NCBI RefSeq assembly: GCF_009914755.1
Contig: NC_060936.1
Length of the DNA: 64,000 nt
Direction: 5' to 3' (one strand)
Source of the DNA: the human T2T-CHM13v2.0 reference genome, Homo sapiens
Below, one piece after another: positions 40,233-57,380 of the stretch (position 1 is the stretch's first letter; each line of letters starts with the position of its first letter). A program made the position numbers and the translations under genes. Below the pieces are notes generated by a model. That model was not told where the DNA came from. It did no database searches and saw only the letters and a list, made by a program, of their open reading frames with translations.

Positions 40233-41742
40233 TAGCTGGGATTACTGGTGCCCGCTGCCATGCCCAGTGAATTTTTGTATCTTTGTAGAGACGGGGTTTC
40301 ACCCTGTTGGGCAGGCTGGTCTTGAAATCCTGACCTCAGGTGATCTGCCCACCTTGGTCTCCCAAAGTGCTGGGATTACTGGCATAAGCCACAGCGCCTG
40401 GCTACTCATTTCAACACTATCCAGCAACTAGACCTTTTCTGCAGGCAGGAGGACAAATGGTCTGAAGTCCCCTATGTGCAAGCCTTCTTTGCCTTGAGAG
40501 GCAACCCAAATCTTTGTCAGCACTGCATAATTGACCCTCCTCTTTTAGCAGTCATATCAGACAAGCATGCAGGAGATAATTCCCCAAAGTCAAAGAAACA
40601 ACCCCCTGGGGAACCCTTAAATGCAACTTCCAGATGCCCTGGCCCTTCTTCCCCGCAACATTCACATCATCAGCTCCTCCAGTTCTACCACCCAAACCCC
40701 CAGACTTTTTTTTTGAGACAGAGTCTTGCTCTGTCGCCCAGGCTGGAATGCAGTGGTGCCATCTCAGCTCACTGCAAGCTCCGCCTCCTGGGTTCACGCC
40801 ATTCTCCTGAGTCAGTCTCCTGAGTAGCTGGGACTACAGATGCCCACCACCACGCCAGGCTAATTTTTTGTATTTTTAGTAGAGACAGGGTTTCACCGTG
40901 TTAGCCAGGATGGTCTCAATCTCCTGACCTCGTGATATGCCTGCCTCGGCCTCCCAAAGTGCTGGGATTACAGGTGTAAGCCACAGTGCCCGGCCCCAAA
41001 CCCCCAGATTTTTCTATGGTATTTTTCCTTCCTTTTTTCATGGTTTGAAATGGCTCTTCTCTCTTTATGATATCCCTCCAAACTGGGAAAAGTTAATTTC
41101 TCAAACCTTAAACCTTAAAATTCTTGGCTTAGAATTGATTGCGGGGAGGGCACCCAGAAGCCTGCCATGCCATTCCAAAAAGGTAAAAGGTTTGTTTTTT
41201 GTTTGTTTGTTTTGTTTTTTTACCAGTTTAGCTTTTGGCTTCTCTCTCCCTGTGCAAACCAGTAAAAGGAATAATAAGGATCACTGTTTATATTCTCTGT
41301 AAAGCTTTGATTAATGAAAAAGGATTTATGAAGTTGGTCTTAAGCTGTAGCCAATCTGGTGTGCTTTGCATGTCTTTCTGTACGGTTCTGTCAGAAAGAG
41401 GGGTACCTTAGGATGGAATGTGGGTCTAGAGCTCCATAAGCCCACTGTTCAAGCCAGCCTGGTAAACTGGTCAATAACAAACTTTGCTATAGGCCTCCAT
41501 CTTGTTTTACATCCTTGGAAGTGTGACCTGTAACCATGTGGCAATACTTTGTTTTAATCTCCACCATTTTACAACGATGGCCCGAGTTCAATCCTGGCTT
41601 GGAGAATGAGTACCTTTGGGTTAATGTCTGTATGACTTTTGCCATTTGCTGATTCTGTTCCCCTCCATGAACAACTTCTAGCTTCCCTTCTTAAATCTTC
41701 CTTTCTCTGAGTTGCCTTTAAAGGTTCTAGATTTTGTACAAG

Positions 41743-42430
41743 TGTGGCCACCCAGTAGGTTCACCTTGCCCACTGCCTCAAAAGAGCTGATTTATTGGGA
41801 TGGGGGAATTGAAATGGAGAGGGGGTGATTCATGTGGGGCTGGCTGTGTGGGAGACCATAGTTTTGTTATTGCTCTGGTCAGTCTCCCTAAGCATTTGGG
41901 GAGCAGAGTTTTTGAGGCGGCTTGGTGGGTGGGGAAGGCCAGTGAGCCGGGAATGCTGATTGTTTAGGTTAGAGATGAAATCACAGGGAGTCGAGGCTGT
42001 CCTCTTGTGCTGAGTCAGTTCCTGGTAAGGGGCCACAAGATCAGATGAGCCAGTTTATCAGTCTAATCCATCCAGCTAATCCATCAAGTGCAGGGTCTGC
42101 AAAATATCTCAAGCACTGATCTTAGGAGCAGTTTAGGGAGGGCTAGAATCTTGTGGCCTCCAGCTGCATGATTCCTAAACCATAGTTCCTAATCTTGTGG
42201 TTGGTTTCTTGGTCTGACAAAGGCAGTCTGGTCCCCAGGAAAGGAGGTTTGTTTTGGGAAAGGGCTGTTATCATCTTCGTTTTGGACTATAAACTATAAG
42301 TTCTTCCCAGAGTTGGTTCAGCCTATGCCCAGGAATGAATAAGGGCAGCTTGGAGGCCAGAGGCAACATGGAGTTGGTTGGGTCAGATCTCTTTTACTGT
42401 CTCAGTTGCAGTTTCACAATGGTGGTTTCA
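41743..42430 (-). mobile_element. LTR8 (HUERS-P1) solo LTR, antisense within the ERV1 element
   Basis: Minus strand starts TGAAACCACCATTG...CTGAGACAGTAAAAGAGATCTGACC; flanks caag/aaag form a 4-bp TSD with one mismatch. Confidence 0.85.
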
Positions 42431-42942
42431 AAAGCTGCTTACCACCCCTTTGAAAATACCTTGTACACTCATGGTTAAATCGTAACCTTAATTGAGGCTT
42501 GTTGGTTTCACCTGTGAGGTTGCTTTTGGTAAAGTTCAAATGCCAGAAATCTTAACCACTTAGTGTGACTAAAGTCAGGTAACAAGGGATTTAAAAGGAT
42601 TTTCTTAAAGAGCACTCAGCTTAATTAAAAGTGGATATCCAAGTTATAGGTATATTTAAAAGGCCTTTATGTTTTTCTCTTCTTGGCTCTTGTTTTTGTA
42701 GAAAAGGTTTTTAACCAGTCACCTACATTCTTCTTTTCCATTTTGTCTTGCCACTCTTAATGCATGCACGAGAGGCCCCAAGATAACTTCTGATGGCCTA
42801 GGACTCCTTGGTAAAAACAGAAAAGGCTCCATGGATTCCATTTTGGGAGAAACCTCTGTTTTCCTCATGGAACCCCAGGAATTAGAGGCAGATAGATCCC
42901 TCTCAAAATCTGTTTTTGTCTTCCCCAGAAACTGCATGCTTT

Positions 42943-43534
42943 TGATATAGGAGTTAAGAAGAATTCACATAGGCAGATAGTAAGGGTATGGGAGTCCTCA
43001 AGTAAGGCTTTTCTCTTCAGTGAAATCAGCCCAATCATTTTCTAACAAGAACAGCCTGTAAAGTCAAGCTGCAGACACATAGACAAGCAAGCTGGGAGCT
43101 TGCACAGGTGAATGTCGGCAGGAACTACAAACCAGACATGTTCAAGAGGGTGGTTCCATCTTCCCTTCTCTTTGTCAGCCATGTGTCTAGTAAGGAGTAG
43201 ACAAGATGGTACCGATCAACTAGAAAGCCCATTTGCGTTAGATTAGGATAGGGCAGCCAGGCTTCCCTGCACGCTATGTAGATGTCATACCTATCAAACC
43301 AATCCCCTACGTAAATCAGTCACCGCCTTCTCTAGCCTGCCTATAAAATCTGCTGCGGTCTACTACCTACCCACTTTTTTCAGATGTCTCTCTCAAGGAG
43401 CTGCTCTCCTCTCTCCTTTCTTTTATTAAGCTTTCCACTCTTTAACCCACCCACATGGGCCTGTGTCCTGAATTCTTTCTTGGCATGAGACAACGAACCC
43501 CAGGGTATATACCCCAGACAATGTAGCCATTTCA
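42943..43534 (+). mobile_element. LTR9-type solo LTR
   Basis: TGATATAGGAGTTAAGAAGAA...AGGCAGATAGTAAGGGTATGGGAGTCC; TATA (ctataaaa ~43341); ends ccatttCA; flanks cttt/ctct. Confidence 0.75.
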
Positions 43535-46211
43535 CTCTCCCACCCCTGCTCTTAAAGGGCCCCACTTGGAGGTCAATAATCCAATTAGAAGATTGGCAAA
43601 TGAAAAATCTTATAATGACTAGATCCTCTTCTGTTTGTCTGTGTAGCTATATATGTGTTGTGTATGATGTCTATAAAAAGAGTTCTGATTGGCTTAAAAA
43701 AAATAAGCACTTAAATATTTTTTAAAGAAAAAAGTTGTCTTTTAGTTCATGTGACTTTAAGAAATAAAAATAGTTTTAAAGATAATTGGTATAAATAAAT
43801 GTCGTCAAAATGTAAATAGGTGGTCTAAATCATGCAAGTCAGATACTAGGTTTGCTTAATGTTTCAAGGTTGTAAACTGCCTGCTTTACAACTCTGTAAG
43901 GCCTAGGGATGTACAAAATTAACCACTCCCCTAACTATGCTGGAAAAAGTCAGACTTTATCTGCACCTAGTACATAATTAAAACAACTTACTAAATTTTA
44001 AAGTTAAAAATTGCTAAGAGTTACCATTATAACATGTAAATGAGACTACTGAAAATAGATTTACATACAAGGTGTGTAAGAACAGTAAAATGTTTTGTGG
44101 TAAAATATTATAAAAAGGCATGGAAATGTAAATATTGCCTAAGGATAAAGGATTGTTTTGAAACCAACTTAAGGGTAAAATCTTGCTTTCTCTCCCTTGT
44201 ATACGATTGTCATGTAATAGTGAAGAATAATGAAAGATTTTCATTTGCCTGGTGGATAGACTGCCAAGAAGAGGAAAGAAGACAGGAGACAAACTTTGGA
44301 AAGCTAAGTCTTCCCTCTTAATGAGTAAAGATTTTTGCCTTGTTTTAAAATTTTTGAGTCATCATTTAGGCAAAGTAAATAACTTATGGTAACCTGGAAC
44401 TGTATTTCATAATATCAAGTGTTTTAAACCTCTAACATTTAACAGGCTTTTCAAAATCAAACTTCAGTTTCAAAATTGTCTTTCCTGACCCTCTAGCTTT
44501 TCGATGCTACAGAGGGCCCCGAGGCATCCAGAAGAGAGGTAAACAGGATTATTTAACATATTTAGGCACGTGGAATTGCCAAAATGATGTTTAATGTTCT
44601 TCAGGTTATATTTTAGTGAATAATACTGATATGTGTTCCAAAATTGTATGGGATGTCTAAAATTCCAATGTCTGAGTACATGTTATCAATCAAAATTAAG
44701 GTTATGTTAAACCATTGTCAACCACAGAAATAACCAGATTTGTCAATCGTGTTTTTAACTGTAACTACCCTAGAAATTTTGTCATTCACAGACAATTGTC
44801 GTCTTGTTTTAAGCTTTTTCAAGAGACAGCTTATAATCAGCTATAAGACTTTAACAGGTGCTTTCACATGCAGGTTTCTGATAACTTTGGAAATCGTGAC
44901 ATGGGAGTAAAGACATACATACTACCAGTTTAGATTCTTTAATGGTTAGTAGTTTAATCAGATATTCTATGTCTTCTTGAATCAATTATGGTATTTTCAA
45001 TTTTGCAGAAAATTAATTTATCCAACTCTTCAAACATATTAGCATAAAGTTGTGCCTAGTATTCTCATATAAATTTTTCTATATTATCTGTACATGTGCC
45101 CTTTTATTCCTATTATGTCTTTTCTTGAAGTCTTATTACTTTTCATTGAGATAAATTTACATATAATTAAAGTGCAAAAACTTTAAGTGTACAGCTTGAT
45201 AAATTTTTACATATATATGTGTGTATATATATATCTGTTTAACTTCCAACAAAATCAAAATATAGAACATTTCCAATATCCCTAGAAGGCACCTTTGTGG
45301 CCTCTAAGTCAATAACCCCAAAATGTCTATGTAAGTAAGTCTGCTTGAATTTCATGTAAATAAAATGCTACAGTATGTACTCTCTTCCTTTAATCTGTAA
45401 GATTAATTTTTGTTGTTGTATGTATCAGTAGTACATTTGTTTTGTAGGGCTTTTTGAAAATTAAGTATTCCATTATTTGAGTTGACCATTCAATTTCATT
45501 TTTATTTTTTATTTTTATTTTTTTGAGACAGTCTCATCTCACTCTGTCGCCCAGACTGGAGTGCACTGGCACAATCTCAGCTCACTGCAACCTCTACCTC
45601 CCAGCTTCAAGCAATTCTCATGCCTCAGCCAGGCTGGTCTCAAACTCCTGGCCTCAAGTGATCCGCCTGCTTGGCCTCCCAAAGTGCTGGGATTACAGGT
45701 GTGAGCCACGGCACCCAGCCTGATAATTCAATTTCATCTGTCTCAACTGGGCTTTGTGACCCAGGTATTGTCCTTTGCTAAGAGCCCCAGAATGCTGTTT
45801 TGTTTTCACAATTCTGAAAAACAGTTTCAGGAACAACATTCAGGCTATTTCCCTAAACAAAAACAAAAGATAAGTGCAAAAGAAAAAAAGAAAAGAGTGT
45901 GTCACCAGAAGGATAATGAGGTTGTCTGATTTGTAAAAGGAAATATCTATAGCTGGAGATAAATGGCAAAGTTGTCCAGCCAGGTAGGTTCCCAAAAGTA
46001 TTTTAATTTTCTTAATGATTATGTCTGGGGTTACTTTGGTACTTTTCTTACAAGCAAACTTTGTGGCCATAGGCCTCTCCATTTTAAAAAGAATAATTAA
46101 ATTCTCTACAAAATTACTTTCATTCTCCTTTGCTGAGGGCTTTAGAATCTTCCAGTCCTGTGGAGTTGCTCAGTTTCTTCCCTGGATCCTGTTTTCAAAA
46201 ACAGACAGAAG

Positions 46212-46306
46212 GGCAACCCGCTCGGGTCCCCTTCCACACTGTGGAAGCTTTGTTCTTTCGCTCTTCACAATAAATCTTGCTGCTGCTCATTTAAAAAAAA
46301 AAAAAA
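46212..46306 (+). mobile_element. LTR12 (ERV9)-like R-region fragment with poly(A) tail
   Basis: GGCAACCCGCTCGGGTCCCCTTCCACACTGTGGAAGCTTTGTTCTTTCGCTCTTCACAATAAATCTTGCTGCTGCTCA then A14. Confidence 0.75.
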
Positions 46307-47098
46307 GGAAAGGAAACAGGCCACAGACAGAAAACAGGCCACTGATTGCCTCAGGATTAGGAATGCAGAAGGGAGGATCACAATGGAGCAAGAGTAATCT
46401 TTTAGGGGTGATGGATATGTTCATTTATCTTGGCTGAAGTGATGGGTTCACAGGTATATAGATATGTCAAAACTTATCAAACTGTACACATTAAATATGT
46501 AAAGTTTATTATATGTCAATTCCACCTAAAAAAATCTGTTAAAAATGGAATAGATACAATATTTATAAAATACATGCAGGTTATAACAAATCATGAAACA
46601 ACAGAACACTCCCTGTATCCATCACCCAGTTTTTTAAAGTAAATGTTTACTATTTTTAAAAAATTATTTTTTTCTGTGTTCCCTAGCCACCCTAAAGCTC
46701 AGGCCTTTTTCTTTTTCTTCTTTCTTCTTTTTTTTTTTTTTTAAAGAGATAGAGTCTCACTATGTTGCCCAGACAGGATTTGAATTCCTGGGCTCAAGGT
46801 ATGCTTCTGTCTTAGCTCCTCAGTAGCTGAGACCATGGGCACCCACCACTGTGCCCAGATTCGGGCTTTCTTGTAAAAAGCGGATGGATGCTTGAAACTA
46901 TTTTCTGAATCCCTTTGCCTCCCAAATGTGAATATTCTGGGAAATATTTTTATCCAAATTAGCTGAGTAATCGAGTAGTTAGGCACATTTTGAAGACTGA
47001 GGCTTGTCCTTTAAAAGAAGGGCAGCCCACAAACTGACTTCCTTGAGCCAAAAATTGTTTTAAAAGGGGAAGTACAGCCCAAAACAGTGATTTTAAAA

Positions 47099-47690
47099 TA
47101 TCAACAAAAAGAGTCAAATTCTGTAAAATATTTAAAGAGATTTATTCTGAGCCAAATATGAGTGACCATGTCCTGTGACACAGCCCTCGGGAAATCCTGA
47201 GAACATGTGCCCAAGGTGGTCAGGGTACAGCTTGGTTTTCTACATTTTAGGGAGACATGAGGCTTCAATCAAATACATTTAAGAAATACATTGGTTCAGT
47301 CCAGAAAGGCAGGACAACCCGACGCGAGGCAGGGAGCTTCCAGGTTATAGGTACGTTTTAAATTTTTCTGGTTGACAATTGGTTGAGTTTATCTAAAGAC
47401 CTGGGATCAATAGAAAGGAAATGTCTGGGTTGCAATAAGAGTTGTGGAGACTGAAGTTTTATTATGCAGATGAAGCCTCCAAGTAGCAGGCTTCAGAGAG
47501 AATAGATTGTAAATGTACTTAAGGTCTGCGTTGATGTGAATGCCGGCTTGAGGTATAATGAGGCATATCTGACCCCCACTTCCCCTCATGGCCTGAAACA
47601 ATCTCTCAAGTTAAATTTTAAAAGCGCCCTGGCCAAGGAGAAAGTCCATTCAGATGGTTAGAGGCCTTAGAACATTATTTTTGGTTTACA
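47099..47690 (-). mobile_element. MER4-family solo LTR just upstream of the METTL7A promoter
   Basis: tcaacaaaaagagtcaaattctgtaaaatattt...gagccaaatatgagtgaccatg...tttttggtttaca, matching the MER4A-type reverse complement; AAAA flanks both ends. Confidence 0.8.
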
Positions 47691-47789
47691 AAAACGTTGA
47701 GTTGTGAACACTGAGAGCCTCTGCCCAGAATGTAAAAGAGAGAATTCTTGCTGACTGTGGCCGGGCATGCATGTCCTTTCACTTCCTTT

Positions 47790-47827
<38 letters not shown>

Positions 47828-47978
47828 AGGGTTTGGGCGGGGGAAGTAAGGGGGATGTGTTATGATAAAGGGGCCTTGGCAGCACTCTTCTGGTGTGGTT
47901 TGACCAGGCTCCACCCACGAATTCTGTTTTCTTTTAGAGGTCACTGGAGAGCCCGGTGGGGTGTAAGTACACTGCGCT

Positions 47979-47985
47979 TATAAAA
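47979..47985 (+). promoter_or_regulatory. Candidate TATA box of METTL7A (TATAAAA)
   Basis: gcttataaaact about 330 bp upstream of the ATG, with GC-box-like gggcgggg at ~47835 and an inverted CCAAT (gattgg) at 48219-48224. TSS not determinable from sequence alone. Confidence 0.45.
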
Positions 47986-48309
47986 CTCTAGCAGGAAGCT
48001 AGCAGCTGTCTCCAAACCCAGAGAAGGGGAAACAGGAATCGATTAGGAATAAAGGATTATAATCCACTTTCCTTCTGAGGAAAAGCTGGGAACCTTCTCA
48101 TTTTGCCTTATGAAAACTAAGCTGAATCGACTGCTGCCAAACATCTATTAGGCAAAATTGGCCTCTTGCCCATGATTTGACTTTCCAGCACAGCCAGTTC
48201 TTTTTCTCCTCTGCAGCTGATTGGCTCTGGAGTGTGGCCAGAAGCCTCTCTCCTGCAATTAAAGGAGTCGGGTCTCTAACTGTTGATCTGTTTTTTTCCC
48301 TTCTGAGCA

Positions 48310-48807
48310 ATGGAGCTTACCATCTTTATCCTGAGACTGGCCATTTACATCCTGACATTTCCCTTGTACCTGCTGAACTTTCTGGGCTTGTGGAGCTGGA
48401 TATGCAAAAAATGGTTCCCCTACTTCTTGGTGAGGTTCACTGTGATATACAACGAACAGATGGCAAGCAAGAAGCGGGAGCTCTTCAGTAACCTGCAGGA
48501 GTTTGCGGGCCCCTCCGGGAAACTCTCCCTGCTGGAAGTGGGCTGTGGCACGGGGGCCAACTTCAAGTTCTACCCACCTGGGTGCAGGGTGACCTGTATT
48601 GACCCCAACCCCAACTTTGAGAAGTTTTTGATCAAGAGCATTGCAGAGAACCGACACCTGCAGTTTGAGCGCTTTGTGGTAGCTGCCGGGGAGAACATGC
48701 ACCAGGTGGCTGATGGCTCTGTGGATGTGGTGGTCTGCACCCTGGTGCTGTGCTCTGTGAAGAACCAGGAGCGGATTCTCCGCGAGGTGTGCAGAGTGCT
48801 GAGACCG
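48310..48807 (+). CDS. METTL7A: METTL7A/TMT1A coding exon 1 (N-terminal membrane anchor, SAM-binding motif)
   Basis: ATG in good Kozak context (gcaATGG). MELTIFILRLAIYILTFPLYLL...LLEVGCGTGANF...VDVVVCTLVLCSV...RVLRP, 166 codons, donor CCG|gtgagt at 48808. Confidence 0.97.
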
Positions 48808-49027
48808 GTGAGTGAAAGGGTGTGAGGAGGACTGGTTAGTAGCAGCTATTATCATAGAGGGCAGGCCTGTCAATTTCAGGTGGCTGAAACATTTTAACAT
48901 AAAAAGTAAACTACTAGAAAATACTGTAGAATTTTTTAAAATTTTAGCGTGGGAGAGAAGCTATAAAGAGAAAGATTGATAAATCTGAATATAAAAACTT
49001 AAAACTGCTATAAAGAAAAAACCTCCT

Positions 49028-52651
<3,624 letters not shown>

Positions 52652-53189
52652 CTAGGATAACTAGAGGAGGCCAAGAAGAGTGGTGCAGTTACCACAATTT
52701 TGTGAGGTGACTGTCTGGTCCCTTGCTCCTTACTCCCCTCAGAGGTAGATATGTAGAAAACTTCTGAAGATGTCCCCACACATAACATGTAATAACATCT
52801 ATTGTGCCTGTACTTGATCAACATTTATAAAACTCCTCAATGAAAGCAGCAGTTGCTAATTCCTACAAAGAGTAATTTACATTTAGCATCCACTGACTGA
52901 ATAAAATACCTAATGACAAAATGTTACCTTGAATTCAGTAATGATTTTAGATGAATCAGAATTTTCATTAATCATATCACGTACATATTTGTGAAAATGG
53001 CACAAAAATTTAAAACATGGTTATTCAGTCTCAAGGGTGTGCTTAGTGTGGAGTGACCCTCCTGCTCAGAACTCTACGGTTCTCTCACAGGTTTGCAAGG
53101 CAGTGCCAGAGAACAATTTTCAAAAAATAAATTAAAAAAGCAGAAATGAAAAAATCCTTGAAATGTTTTTTTTTTTCTTTCTTTCTCAG

Positions 53190-53426
53190 GGAGGGGCTTT
53201 CTATTTCATGGAGCATGTGGCAGCTGAGTGTTCGACTTGGAATTACTTCTGGCAACAAGTCCTGGATCCTGCCTGGCACCTTCTGTTTGATGGGTGCAAC
53301 CTGACCAGAGAGAGCTGGAAGGCCCTGGAGCGGGCCAGCTTCTCTAAGCTGAAGCTGCAGCACATCCAGGCCCCACTGTCCTGGGAGTTGGTGCGCCCTC
53401 ATATCTATGGATATGCTGTGAAATAG
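53190..53426 (+). CDS. METTL7A: METTL7A/TMT1A coding exon 2
   Basis: Long polypyrimidine tract and cag| at 53189. GGAFYFMEHV...PHIYGYAVK*, stop TAG. 166+78 = 244 aa, matching METTL7A; LRP|GG motif spans the junction. Confidence 0.97.
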   Translation, partial: GGAFYFMEHVAAECSTWNYFWQQVLDPAWHLLFDGCNLTRESWKALERASFSKLKLQHIQAPLSWELVRPHIYGYAVK

Positions 53427-53496
53427 TGTGAGCTGGCAGTTAAGAGCTGAATGGCTCAAAGAATTTAAAGCTTCAGTTTTACATTTAAAATGCTAA

Positions 53497-55138
<1,642 letters not shown>

Positions 55139-55751
55139 GAAATAGCTCAAGTTTCTGAAAAACAAATCTGAATCTATTTGTTATTCTTAGCGTCACTGGT
55201 CTGGCTTTCAGAATTAACATACAAGGTTGCCACACCTAGTTCTGCCCAGCTTTATGTCTTTTATTCCAGTATTCCACCAAAGTTTGTTTTCCTGCATTCC
55301 AGTTCTCAAGTCTTAAGATAAAGATTGTACTTGACAGTTTAGTATATCCATAAAACTATTTGAGGTGGTTAAGGTTCTTGGGTTCATTTTCCTTAATACT
55401 TTGCTGAATATTGTAGATTGTAGGCAATGAAAAAGTCTACTAAATTAGGAAAACCTTGAATAATTAGGTATCCTAGGTAAGAGCCCCTAAACATCAAGCA
55501 ATCTGTGAGTCTGTAAAGAAATAAATATTTTTTGGATTATTCTTATCTAATTCCACCCCTGTTGGAAGATGATTTCTTTGTTCTTTGCAACTATGGAAGC
55601 TGTGAAAATCATCACAAGTGCCTCTGAAAGCGAGTGTTAGGTTGGTTAGAGGGTTTAATATTTTCTGCAATGGTTTGTAGGAATTTTAATAAATGTAGTA
55701 TATTTTCTGAGATGATTTTGTAAAAGTACTATTTTAAATATCAAATCAACC

Positions 55752-55757
55752 AATAAA
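55752..55757 (+). terminator. Probable METTL7A distal polyadenylation signal
   Basis: AATAAA followed by a CA cleavage candidate and GT-rich tttgtgtt; other AATAAA at ~55520 and ~55688. Implies a 3'UTR of about 2.3 kb. Confidence 0.6.
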
Positions 55758-56928
55758 TTCACATTTGTGTTAGGAACAGAAATATGGTTTATATCTTTGC
55801 TGGCTTGGTTTCCTTTTTCTTAATGTCTCTGGGAGGCTTATTCCTTCATTGTGGAAATTTTAGCTATTTAAACATGTAAATTTTTCTTTCTACAGCCAGG
55901 TAACTATAAACACAGCCAATAGATTTTACACAAAGCAATCCTAGAAGTATCAGAATGGGTTTTGAAAAGTTCAAGTCCATCATGTGATCATGTTTGGCTA
56001 CTTTAAAAAAGCAAAAAAGTTCAAGTCTAACGATCCCATTTGTGAAATCCACAGAGCAGAAAGAAAGGAAGCTTTTACTATTTTAACTATCTCTTGAACG
56101 TGAAAAGTTATTGATGCAGTGAGGTCGAATGCACACCTACTGCTTCCTAAGCTCTGGAACATGAATCTCCTTCCTCTGTCATCTCCCCAGAACTGGAACC
56201 TCCTTAATCCAACCATCTCACTATTGGTCAGTCTAGTGATTGAGAAATAGGAAAAGCCACAGGTTGAAATGATGAAATGTCATTACACTGAAAGATAATA
56301 CCAAAGTACAAAGTCCTAGGCACAGTCTTGTCAATTCCCTCTTGTCTAAGTGGTGTGGCAAATATTATTGTCACTTTTCAGAGAAAACTGAGGTGTAGAG
56401 AAATAAATAAATGAAGTTTTTTACAGTCATTCCACAAGTTACTGAGCAAGTCTTAGAAGCCCTGACTCCCCAAACCACAAAATCTCCTTTGATAATCATT
56501 GCTGCCATAACACCTTCTTTTACTGCTTTCCTCCTTGAATCCAGAGAACACATATTTATAATCATTTTAAGAGCCTGAGGAAATGACTTCAGCCTGTGCA
56601 AAAGGGAGAAAGAAAAAAAGGCAAAACATGTCCAATGTCTTTTAGGTCCTATATTGGTTAGGAATCCTTTGATTCCAAGTGACAGAATCCCAATCCAAAC
56701 AGACTTAAGCAGAAAAAGGACTATCAACTCAAATTAGTGAAAATCATACAGGCAGAAAGCCTCAGGCACAGCCTGAACAGGGCTCAGATAATGTTATCAG
56801 GAGCCAGACAATCTCTAGGGTCATGTCTGTCCTCCCCTCTGCTCTATTAGGTAGCAAGTTGGTAGAAATGGCTCTGACCTTCATGCTTCCAGGGCACAAG
56901 CCCAGTTAGAAAGAGCAAGCCTACTTTT

Positions 56929-57380
56929 TGTGGCCATACCAGACCAATCTGATTTAACCTTTATGTAACAAAGTTGTGAGTTGTTTTTCAGTTGCCAATG
57001 GACCCTCAGGTCATGTGCCCTGAGCACACCCAGATGAACCAAGCCTGCAACCACAGGGGGAACCTAAGCTAAGTGCTCAGTCCAAGGATGGGGACTGAAT
57101 TAAGAAGCAGACACATGGGAGGATCCATGACCGATCAGATCAAGCTGTGGTATCACCCCATGGCAGGATCCAGTCAGATCATGCCTCCCGGCATCACCTC
57201 ATTGCAAGATCCAATCAGATCATGCCTCATTACCCTATACTTACAAAACCTGACCAAGCCCCCAGCTCTGGGAGATACTGCTCTGGGAGATACAGCCCTG
57301 GCATTCTCCTTACTTGTTGCAAGTAATAAAATCCCCTTGCTAAATGCTCCTTGGTTGTGGTCATTGGGTTGAATTTGCAA
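56929..57380 (+). mobile_element. Solo LTR (LTR32-like, ERVL), next to an MLT1 fragment (~56655-56920)
   Basis: TG...ccagaccaatctg...tatgtaacaaagttgtgagttgtttttcagttgcc; AATAAA ~57325; ends near ttgCA. Family name from memory. Confidence 0.55.

Noticed and set aside
48259-48900. 213-aa minus-strand ORF
   Set aside because: Antisense shadow of GC-rich METTL7A exon 1; no recognisable motif.
53085-53459. 124-aa minus-strand ORF
   Set aside because: Antisense shadow of METTL7A exon 2.
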